Source of the DNA: Macrostomum lignano
Taxonomy: Eukaryota
Assembly: GCA_002269645.1 (NCBI GenBank)
Contig: NIVC01001770.1
Location: 31,277-95,276, forward strand
Direction of reading: 5' to 3'
Length of the DNA stretch: 64,000 nt
How positions within the stretch are numbered: the stretch's first letter is position 1; each line of letters opens with the position of its first letter. Of this stretch, positions 52,301 to 64,000 are shown piece after piece. The position numbers and the translations under genes are program-made. The notes below the pieces were generated by a model, which ran no database searches, was not told where the DNA came from, and saw only the letters and a list, made by a program, of their open reading frames with translations.

Positions 52301-53337
52301 GCCCGGGTGTTTGATTAGTCATCAGCCCAGGTGTTTGATTGGTCATTAGCCCAGGTGTTTGATTGGTCATTAGCCCGGGTGTTTGATTAGTCATCAGCCC
52401 AGGTGTTTGATTGGTCATTAGCCCAGGTGTATGATTGGTCATTAGCCCAGGTGTTTGATTGGTCATTAGCCCAGGTGTTTGATTGGTCATTTGCCCGGGT
52501 GTTTGATTAGTCATCAGCCCAGGTGTATGATTGGTCATTAGCCCTGGTGTTTGATTGGTCATTAGCCCGGGTGTTTGATTAGTCATCAGCCCAGGTGTAT
52601 GATTGGTCATTAGCCCTGGTGTTTGATTGGTCATTAGCCCAGGTGTTTGATTGGTCATTAGCCTAGGTGTTTGATTGGTCATTAGCCCAGGTGTATGATT
52701 GGTCATTAGCCCAGGTGTATGATTGGTCATTAGCCCAGGTGTTTGATTGGTCATTAGCCCAGATTGGTCATATGTATGATTGGTTATTAGCCCAGGTGTA
52801 TGATTAAAAATTAGCCTAGATGTACGATTGGTCATTAGCCCAGGTGTATGATTGGTCATTAGCCCAGGTGTATGATTGGTCAGGTGCCTCAATTTGGTCA
52901 GTATCTTAGGCTAGTTACATGCATTATATAAATCAAACACTATAAAATCAAGCCCAATAAGCACTAGTGCTAAGCCCCGGTCATTAAACTACTCACTACT
53001 GATAGAAAACTGTGAACTCACTGAGCTTCTTGCTGGCCAGAGATTTCCAGAACTCCTCCGTATTTGAGAACTGACTGTCGACAGGTAAAGGATAAGTGCC
53101 TTGCACCCAGCAGATATTCTCCATATAGTCTTCGAATGTGGATCCAGATACCTGCGAAGGTATGAAGCAGGTGATTGGCTCGCCGACAATGTACTGCCTG
53201 GCCGCGACAATCACGGTGCACATAATCAGCACGCCGGTGGTGAACAAGAAGTTCCAGCGATCGGCGAAGTCTTCAACTCCGACCTGGTGCTGAATGTCCC
53301 AGCTGGAGATTGTGTCGATGAATTCGGCGCCCAACAT
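49368..53337 (-). CDS. Innexin (gap-junction protein), 4 exons
   Basis: Exons 53337-53022, 51322-51103, 50702-50422, 49777-49368, all phase-compatible. Innexin motifs: EDFADRWN, QYIVGEPITCF, YMENICWVQGTY, YYQWVPFIL, VFPRVTFC, QCALPVNMLNEKIYIFLWFW, FLRHDGVFLL. Confidence 0.97.
49860..50305. repeat. Minisatellite, 24-bp unit ccctagatgagctgcctctccagt (innexin intron 3)
   Basis: Direct tandem copies. Confidence 0.96.
50755..50950. repeat. Short degenerate array ttgggatctggggattctgatgcttagtt (innexin intron 2)
   Basis: About 4 copies. Confidence 0.8.
52020..52885. repeat. Minisatellite, 24-bp unit gattggtcattagcccaggtgttt (innexin intron 1)
   Basis: About 35 copies; most carry ATTGG (CCAAT on the gene strand). 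Confidence 0.96.
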
Positions 53338-53474
53338 TGTTGCAGCGGTGCCAGCGGGCCTGAGGCGGGGCGGGGTGCGCACGGACAATTTTTATACGTT
53401 GCACGGTTTTATAATTGAATCCTTATCTGCCTCATTTTAGACGATTGTGACTCAACCTAATTTATTTTATAGAA

Positions 53475-53692
53475 CTGAAGCCTCGTCTGACACAATTTCA
53501 GATTATTGAAGCCTTTTCTGACACATTTTCAGATTATTGAAGCCTCGTCTGACACATTTTCAGATTATTAAAGCCTCGTCTGACACATTTTCAGATTATT
53601 GAAGCCTCGTCTGACATATTTTCAGATTATTGAAGCCTCGTCTGACACAAATTTTCAGATCGTTGAAGCCTCGTCTGACACATTTTCAGATT
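53475..53692. repeat. Minisatellite, 31-bp unit gaagcctcgtctgacacattttcagattatt
   Basis: About 7 copies immediately upstream of the innexin start. Confidence 0.93.
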
Positions 53693-54367
53693 TTTTATAA
53701 AGCGTAATAAATGAATAATACCTAATGCATTGCCATTCCACTCACCGATACTGATTTAGGCCTAAGACAGAAACCGTCCTGTGTAATTCCTCCTCTAGTA
53801 GAAATTAAGGAGCTAAATGTGCTGTTGTTTGCTCCTTTTATTGGAGCCTATACGCTCGCAGATTTACTAAGCAAGGCCTTACTTTGGTTATGGGGATTGC
53901 CTGTTCAGTTTGTTTGATATGCAAGGGGGTCTGTGGAGGGGAGAGGGGGGGGGGCAAGGGTGGCTGAATTTAATGTGGCGGCGGAATAATTGCCCTTACC
54001 CTATCCTGTACATCTAGGCTTCAGTGTACAGTTAGTTGTACGCCTTTATAATTATCTCCCCTCACTGTCTCTGTCTCCCTCTCTTGACCCGACCCTCGCT
54101 TTACCCCTCCGGGGGTCCAAAGGGAAGGGTTTCAGTTACGTAACAGCAAATGTACAGGCCTGGTTTTCACGTACGCTTAGCAGTGTGTTACAATATTATG
54201 GTCCATGGCAGTCCGACGAAAGACCTTAGTGAGTCATACACCTTTTAATTCAGCCAACGTAGCCTTGTTTAAACGCGTAGAGTATAGATGGCAACGGAAA
54301 CACAGCTGCGTATGTAAGAAGGCGGAAAAAAGACATTATATTCCTTATCTCCCTGTATCTCTCCACA

Positions 54368-55075
<708 letters not shown>

Positions 55076-55715
55076 CGTCATTTCCCGCTCTATCCATCTC
55101 CCTTCATCTCACCCCATCACCCTTCCTTTTCATCAATCTTCCATTCCCTCTTGCATGCCAGTGTAACAAAATACGGAAAAGAAGTCAATTTAAATCTGAT
55201 GTATGCATTTGCTGTTTACGAGCATCAGTTGTTAAAATCCTTGCCAAAAAGATGAAACTGAGTTATAAAAAGTATGACAGTCATTTGAAATAATAATAAA
55301 AGCCAATAGAGATAGCATGAGCACAAAATAACAATGTTGACCAACAGTTCTCAAGTATTAAATGGCTCAAATTTCAAAATTGGCGCTTCCAGAAGCAAAC
55401 AAGATGAGCAATTGACCATTAAAAGCAGCAAAAGTGTCTGCCACAGAACTGACGCAAAGTTATAGGTAAATCTATTAATGCCTTTAAAATACTAGTCGAG
55501 GTAATCAATTAATTGTGTTTCTTGAAGCAAGGGCTCTTCGAAATTCGAAGCAAAATCTTTTGACGTCATGGAGTTTTCCAATTTTCCATTGGAGAGTCAC
55601 GCATATATACTACTTAAATTAAAGTAGTGAAACAGCGCATAATTATCTGCATGTATCAGGTCAAGAATTTTCTTGAAAAACTATTTTTAGCTATTTCTAA
55701 ATGTCACACACAAAT

Positions 55716-58700
55716 TATTTACTGTTTCTCATTCTATCTACAGATGCTGTATAGACTGTAGTAGACAATAGAGTTTATCTACTGTTTCTCATTCTATCTA
55801 CAGATGCTGTATAGACTGTAGTAGACAATAGAGTTTATCTACTGTTTCTCATTCTATCTACAGATGCTGTATAGACTGTAGTAGACAATAGAGTTTATCT
55901 ACTGTTTCTCATTCTATCTACAGATGCTGTATAGACTGTAGTAGACAATAGAGTTTATCTACTGTTTCTCATTCTATCTACAGATGCTGTATAGACTGTA
56001 GTAGACAATAGAGTTTATCTACTGTTTCTCATTCTATCTACAGATGCTGTATAGACTGTAGTAGACAATAGAGTTTATCTACTGTTTCTCATTCTATCTA
56101 CAGATGCTGTATAGACTGTAGTAGACAATAGAGTTTATCTACTGTTTCTCATTCTATCTACAGATGCTGTATAGACTGTAGTAGACAATAGAGTTTATCT
56201 ACTGTTTCTCATTCTATCTACAGATGCTGTATAGTCTGTAGTAGACAATAGAGTTTATCTACTGTTTCTCATTCTATCTACAGATGCTGTATAGACTGTA
56301 GTAGACAATAGAGTTTATCTACTGTTTCTCATTCTATCTACAGATGCTGTATAGTCTGTAGTAGACAATAGAGTTTATCTACTGTTTCTCATTCTATCTA
56401 CAGATGCTGTATAGACTGTAGTAGACAATAGAGTTTATCTACTGTTTCTCATTCTATCTACAGATGCTGTATAGACTGTAGTAGACAATAGAGTTTATCT
56501 ACTGTTTCTCATTCTATCTACAGATGCTGTATAGTCTGTAGTAGACAATAGAGTTTATCTACTGTTTCTCATTCTATCTACAGATGCTGTATAGACTGTA
56601 GTAGACAATAGAGTTTATCTACTGTTTCTCATTCTATCTACAGATGCTGTATAGACTGTAGTAGACAATAGAGTTTATCTACTGTTTCTCATTCTATCTA
56701 CAGATGCTGTATAGACTGTAGTAGACAATAGAGTTTATCTACTGTTTCTCATTCTATCTACAGATGCTGTATAGTCTGTAGTAGACAATAGAGTTTATCT
56801 ACTGTTTCTCATTCTATCTACAGATGCTGTATAGTCTGTAGTAGACAATAGAGTTTATCTACTGTTTCTCATTCTATCTACAGATGCTGTATAGTCTGTA
56901 GTAGACAATAGAGTTTATCTACTGTTTCTCATTCTATCTACAGATGCTGTATAGACTGTAGTAGACAATAGAGTTTATCTACTGTTTCTCATTCTATCTA
57001 CAGATGCTGTATAGACTGTAGTAGACAATAGAGTTTATCTACTGTTTCTCATTCTATCTACAGATGCTGTATAGTCTGTAGTAGACAATAGAGTTTATCT
57101 ACTGTTTCTCATTCTATCTACAGATGCTGTATAGTCTGTAGTAGACAATAGAGTTTATCTACTGTTTCTCATTCTATCTACAGATGCTGTATAGCTGTAG
57201 TAGACAATAGAGTTTATCTACTGTTTCTCATTCTATCTACAGATGCTGTATAGACTGTAGTAGACAATAGAGTTTATCTACTGTTTCTCATTCTATCTAC
57301 AGATGCTGTATAGACTGTAGTAGACAATAGAGTTTATCTACTGTTTCTCATTCTATCTACAGATGCTGTATAGACTGTAGTAGACAATAGAGTTTATCTA
57401 CTGTTTCTCATTCTATCTACAGATGCTGTATAGACTGTAGTAGACAATAGAGTTTATCTACTGTTTCTCATTCTATCTACAGATGCTGTATAGCTGTAGT
57501 AGACAATAGAGTTTATCTACTGTTTCTCATTCTATCTACAGATGCTGTATAGACTGTAGTAGACAATAGAGTTTATCTACTGTTTCTCATTCTATCTACA
57601 GATGCTGTATAGTCTGTAGTAGACAATAGAGTTTATCTACTGTTTCTCATTCTATCTACAGATGCTGTATAGCTGTAGTAGACAATAGAGTTTATCTACT
57701 GTTTCTCATTCTATCTACAGATGCTGTATAGACTGTAGTAGACAATAGAGTTTATCTACTGTTTCTCATTCTATCTACAGATGCTGTATAGACTGTAGTA
57801 GACAATAGAGTTTATCTACTGTTTCTCATTCTATCTACAGATGCTGTATAGCTGTAGTAGACAATAGAGTTTATCTACTGTTTCTCATTCTATCTACAGA
57901 TGCTGTATAGACTGTAGTAGACAATAGAGTTTATCTACTGTTTCTCATTCTATCTACAGATGCTGTATAGACTGTAGTAGACAATAGAGTTTATCTACTG
58001 TTTCTCATTCTATCTACAGATGCTGTATAGACTGTAGTAGACAATAGAGTTTATCTACTGTTTCTCATTCTATCTACAGATGCTGTATAGACTGTAGTAG
58101 ACAATAGAGTTTATCTACTGTTTCTCATTCTATCTACAGATGCTGTATAGCTGTAGTAGACAATAGAGTTTATCTACTGTTTCTCATTCTATCTACAGAT
58201 GCTGTATAGACTGTAGTAGACAATAGAGTTTATCTACTGTTTCTCATTCTATCTACAGATGCTGTATAGACTGTAGTAGACAATAGAGTTTATCTACTGT
58301 TTCTCATTCTATCTACAGATGCTGTATAGTCTGTAGTAGACAATAGAGTTTATCTACTGTTTCTCATTCTATCTACAGATGCTGTATAGCTGTAGTAGAC
58401 AATAGAGTTTATCTACTGTTTCTCATTCTATCTACAGATGCTGTATAGACTGTAGTAGACAATAGAGTTTATCTACTGTTTCTCATTCTATCTACAGATG
58501 CTGTATAGACTGTAGTAGACAATAGAGTTTATCTACTGTTTCTCATTCTATCTACAGATGCTGTATAGACTGTAGTAGACAATAGAGTTTATCTACTGTT
58601 TCTCATTCTATCTACAGATGCTGTATAGCTGTAGTAGACAATAGAGTTTATCTACTGTTTCTCATTCTATCTACAGATGCTGTATAGCTGTAGTAGACAA

Positions 58701-61700
58701 TAGAGTTTATCTACTGTTTCTCATTCTATCTACAGATGCTGTATAGACTGTAGTAGACAATAGAGTTTATCTACTGTTTCTCATTCTATCTACAGATGCT
58801 GTATAGACTGTAGTAGACAATAGAGTTTATCTACTGTTTCTCATTCTATCTACAGATGCTGTATAGGATGTAGTAGACAATAGAGTTTATCTACTGTTTC
58901 TCATTCTATCTACAGATGCTGTATAGACTGTAGTAGACAATAGAGTTTATCTACTGTTTCTCATTCTATCTACAGATGCTGTATAGACTGTAGTAGACAA
59001 TAGAGTTTATCTACTGTTTCTCATTCTATCTACAGATGCTGTATAGCTGTAGTAGACAATAGAGTTTATCTACTGTTTCTCATTCTATCTACAGATGCTG
59101 TATAGACTGTAGTAGACAATAGAGTTTATCTACTGTTTCTCATTCTATCTACAGATGCTGTATAGACTGTAGTAGACAATAGAGTTTATCTACTGTTTCT
59201 CATTCTATCTACAGATGCTGTATAGACTGTAGTAGACAATAGAGTTTATCTACTGTTTCTCATTCTATCTACAGATGCTGTATAGACTGTAGTAGACAAT
59301 AGAGTTTATCTACTGTTTCTCATTCTATCTACAGATGCTGTATAGACTGTAGTAGACAATAGAGTTTATCTACTGTTTCTCATTCTATCTACAGATGCTG
59401 TATAGACTGTAGTAGACAATAGAGTTTATCTACTGTTTCTCATTCTATCTACAGATGCTGTATAGACTGTAGTAGACAATAGAGTTTATCTACTGTTTCT
59501 CATTCTATCTACAGATGCTGTATAGACTGTAGTAGACAATAGAGTTTATCTACTGTTTCTCATTCTATCTACAGATGCTGTATAGACTGTAGTAGACAAT
59601 AGAGTTTATCTACTGTTTCTCATTCTATCTACAGATGCTGTATAGACTGTAGTAGACAATAGAGTTTATCTACTGTTTCTCATTCTATCTACAGATGCTG
59701 TATAGACTGTAGTAGACAATAGAGTTTATCTACTGTTTCTCATTCTATCTACAGATGCTGTATAGACTGTAGTAGACAATAGAGTTTATCTACTGTTTCT
59801 CATTCTATCTACAGATGCTGTATAGACTGTAGTAGACAATAGAGTTTATCTACTGTTTCTCATTCTATCTACAGATGCTGTATAGACTGTAGTAGACAAT
59901 AGAGTTTATCTACTGTTTCTCATTCTATCTACAGATGCTGTATAGACTGTAGTAGACAATAGAGTTTATCTACTGTTTCTCATTCTATCTACAGATGCTG
60001 TATAGACTGTAGTAGACAATAGAGTTTATCTACTGTTTCTCATTCTATCTACAGATGCTGTATAGACTGTAGTAGACAATAGAGTTTATCTACTGTTTCT
60101 CATTCTATCTACAGATGCTGTATAGACTGTAGTAGACAATAGAGTTTATCTACTGTTTCTCATTCTATCTACAGATGCTGTATAGACTGTAGTAGACAAT
60201 AGAGTTTATCTACTGTTTCTCATTCTATCTACAGATGCTGTATAGACTGTAGTAGACAATAGAGTTTATCTACTGTTTCTCATTCTATCTACAGATGCTG
60301 TATAGACTGTAGTAGACAATAGAGTTTATCTACTGTTTCTCATTCTATCTACAGATGCTGTATAGACTGTAGTAGACAATAGAGTTTATCTACTGTTTCT
60401 CATTCTATCTACAGATGCTGTATAGACTGTAGTAGACAATAGAGTTTATCTACTGTTTCTCATTCTATCTACAGATGCTGTATAGACTGTAGTAGACAAT
60501 AGAGTTTATCTACTGTTTCTCATTCTATCTACAGATGCTGTATAGACTGTAGTAGACAATAGAGTTTATCTACTGTTTCTCATTCTATCTACAGATGCTG
60601 TATAGACTGTAGTAGACAATAGAGTTTATCTACTGTTTCTCATTCTATCTACAGATGCTGTATAGACTGTAGTAGACAATAGAGTTTATCTACTGTTTCT
60701 CATTCTATCTACAGATGCTGTATAGCTGTAGTAGACAATAGAGTTTATCTACTGTTTCTCATTCTATCTACAGATGCTGTATAGACTGTAGTAGACAATA
60801 GAGTTTATCTACTGTTTCTCATTCTATCTACAGATGCTGTATAGACTGTAGTAGACAATAGAGTTTATCTACTGTTTCTCATTCTATCTACAGATGCTGT
60901 ATAGACTGTAGTAGACAATAGAGTTTATCTACTGTTTCTCATTCTATCTACAGATGCTGTATAGACTGTAGTAGACAATAGAGTTTATCTACTGTTTCTC
61001 ATTCTATCTACAGATGCTGTATAGACTGTAGTAGACAATAGAGTTTATCTACTGTTTCTCATTCTATCTACAGATGCTGTATAGACTGTAGTAGACAATA
61101 GAGTTTATCTACTGTTTCTCATTCTATCTACAGATGCTGTATAGACTGTAGTAGACAATAGAGTTTATCTACTGTTTCTCATTCTATCTACAGATGCTGT
61201 ATAGACTGTAGTAGACAATAGAGTTTATCTACTGTTTCTCATTCTATCTACAGATGCTGTATAGACTGTAGTAGACAATAGAGTTTATCTACTGTTTCTC
61301 ATTCTATCTACAGATGCTGTATAGACTGTAGTAGACAATAGAGTTTATCTACTGTTTCTCATTCTATCTACAGATGCTGTATAGACTGTAGTAGACAATA
61401 GAGTTTATCTACTGTTTCTCATTCTATCTACAGATGCTGTATAGACTGTAGTAGACAATAGAGTTTATCTACTGTTTCTCATTCTATCTACAGATGCTGT
61501 ATAGACTGTAGTAGACAATAGAGTTTATCTACTGTTTCTCATTCTATCTACAGATGCTGTATAGCTGTAGTAGACAATAGAGTTTATCTACTGTTTCTCA
61601 TTCTATCTACAGATGCTGTATAGACTGTAGTAGACAATAGAGTTTATCTACTGTTTCTCATTCTATCTACAGATGCTGTATAGACTGTAGTAGACAATAG

Positions 61701-64000
61701 AGTTTATCTACTGTTTCTCATTCTATCTACAGATGCTGTATAGACTGTAGTAGACAATAGAGTTTATCTACTGTTTCTCATTCTATCTACAGATGCTGTA
61801 TAGACTGTAGTAGACAATAGAGTTTATCTACTGTTTCTCATTCTATCTACAGATGCTGTATAGACTGTAGTAGACAATAGAGTTTATCTACTGTTTCTCA
61901 TTCTATCTACAGATGCTGTATAGACTGTAGTAGACAATAGAGTTTATCTACTGTTTCTCATTCTATCTACAGATGCTGTATAGACTGTAGTAGACAATAG
62001 AGTTTATCTACTGTTTCTCATTCTATCTACAGATGCTGTATAGACTGTAGTAGACAATAGAGTTTATCTACTGTTTCTCATTCTATCTACAGATGCTGTA
62101 TAGACTGTAGTAGACAATAGAGTTTATCTACTGTTTCTCATTCTATCTACAGATGCTGTATAGACTGTAGTAGACAATAGAGTTTATCTACTGTTTCTCA
62201 TTCTATCTACAGATGCTGTATAGACTGTAGTAGACAATAGAGTTTATCTACTGTTTCTCATTCTATCTACAGATGCTGTATAGACTGTAGTAGACAATAG
62301 AGTTTATCTACTGTTTCTCATTCTATCTACAGATGCTGTATAGACTGTAGTAGACAATAGAGTTTATCTACTGTTTCTCATTCTATCTACAGATGCTGTA
62401 TAGACTGTAGTAGACAATAGAGTTTATCTACTGTTTCTCATTCTATCTACAGATGCTGTATAGACTGTAGTAGACAATAGAGTTTATCTACTGTTTCTCA
62501 TTCTATCTACAGATGCTGTATAGCTGTAGTAGACAATAGAGTTTATCTACTGTTTCTCATTCTATCTACAGATGCTGTATAGACTGTAGTAGACAATAGA
62601 GTTTATCTACTGTTTCTCATTCTATCTACAGATGCTGTATAGCTGTAGTAGACAATAGAGTTTATCTACTGTTTCTCATTCTATCTACAGATGCTGTATA
62701 GACTGTAGTAGACAATAGAGTTTATCTACTGTTTCTCATTCTATCTACAGATGCTGTATAGACTGTAGTAGACAATAGAGTTTATCTACTGTTTCTCATT
62801 CTATCTACAGATGCTGTATAGACTGTAGTAGACAATAGAGTTTATCTACTGTTTCTCATTCTATCTACAGATGCTGTATAGACTGTAGTAGACAATAGAG
62901 TTTATCTACTGTTTCTCATTCTATCTACAGATGCTGTATAGACTGTAGTAGACAATAGAGTTTATCTACTGTTTCTCATTCTATCTACAGATGCTGTATA
63001 GACTGTAGTAGACAATAGAGTTTATCTACTGTTTCTCATTCTATCTACAGATGCTGTATAGACTGTAGTAGACAATAGAGTTTATCTACTGTTTCTCATT
63101 CTATCTACAGATGCTGTATAGTCTGTAGTAGACAATAGAGTTTATCTACTGTTTCTCATTCTATCTACAGATGCTGTATAGACTGTAGTAGACAATAGAG
63201 TTTATCTACTGTTTCTCATTCTATCTACAGATGCTGTATAGACTGTAGTAGACAATAGAGTTTATCTACTGTTTCTCATTCTATCTACAGATGCTGTATA
63301 GACTGTAGTAGACAATAGAGTTTATCTACTGTTTCTCATTCTATCTACAGATGCTGTATAGACTGTAGTAGACAATAGAGTTTATCTACTGTTTCTCATT
63401 CTATCTACAGATGCTGTATAGACTGTAGTAGACAATAGAGTTTATCTACTGTTTCTCATTCTATCTACAGATGCTGTATAGACTGTAGTAGACAATAGAG
63501 TTTATCTACTGTTTCTCATTCTATCTACAGATGCTGTATAGGCTGTAGTAGACAATAGAGTTTATCTACTGTTTCTCATTCTATCTACAGATGCTGTATA
63601 CTGTAGTAGACAATAGAGTTTATCTACTGTTTCTCATTCTATCTACAGATGCTGTATAGACTGTAGTAGACAATAGAGTTTATCTACTGTTTCTCATTCT
63701 ATCTACAGATGCTGTATAGGCTGTAGTAGACAATAGAGTTTATCTACTGTTTCTCATTCTATCTACAGATGCTGTATAGTCTGTAGTAGACAATAGAGTT
63801 TATCTACTGTTTCTCATTCTATCTACAGATGCTGTATAGACTGTAGTAGACAATAGAGTTTATCTACTGTTTCTCATTCTATCTACAGATGCTGTATAGA
63901 CTGTAGTAGAAATAGAGTTTATCTACTGTTTCTCATTCTATCTACAGATGCTGTATAGGCTGTAGTAGACAATAGAGTTTATCTACTGTTCTCATTCTAT
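55716..64000. repeat. Satellite DNA, 60-bp unit actgtttctcattctatctacagatgctgtatagactgtagtagacaatagagtttatct, ~138 copies, runs off the window
   Basis: Successive 60-base lines are identical over long stretches. Confidence 0.99.

Noticed and set aside
55716-64000. CRISPR-like array
   Set aside because: No unique spacers, no cas genes, eukaryotic context; a head-to-tail satellite.

Overview
Eukaryotic (invertebrate metazoan) genomic DNA, read by eye. GC-rich exons are separated by GT-AG introns, and roughly half of the window is tandem repeat by my summed estimate. This style resembles the flatworm Macrostomum, which is an inference only. Recognisable spliced genes: ZNHIT6/BCD1 box C/D snoRNP assembly factor (-), GSAP/pigeon homolog (+, 8 exons), a Dmrt93B-type DM+DMA transcription factor (-), an SLC16/MCT transporter (+, 5 exons) and an innexin (-, 4 exons). 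There is also an orphan single-pass membrane ORF and one weak orphan gene candidate. Mobile DNA: a solo LTR with a 4-bp TSD, a hAT-type MITE with an 8-bp TSD, and two tRNA-headed SINE-like families with two copies each. The last 8.3 kb is a 60-bp satellite. Most long ORFs in the supplied track are translations of repeats. The most unusual signals are two structured SINE domains (one with a compensatory base change, one with pseudoknot potential), a frameshift hiding the ZNHIT6 C-terminus, a dense TAGGCCTA palindrome cluster, two GC-AG introns, and a single hypervariable base in the satellite. I found no clearly established novel system; the SINE RNA structures are the best leads.
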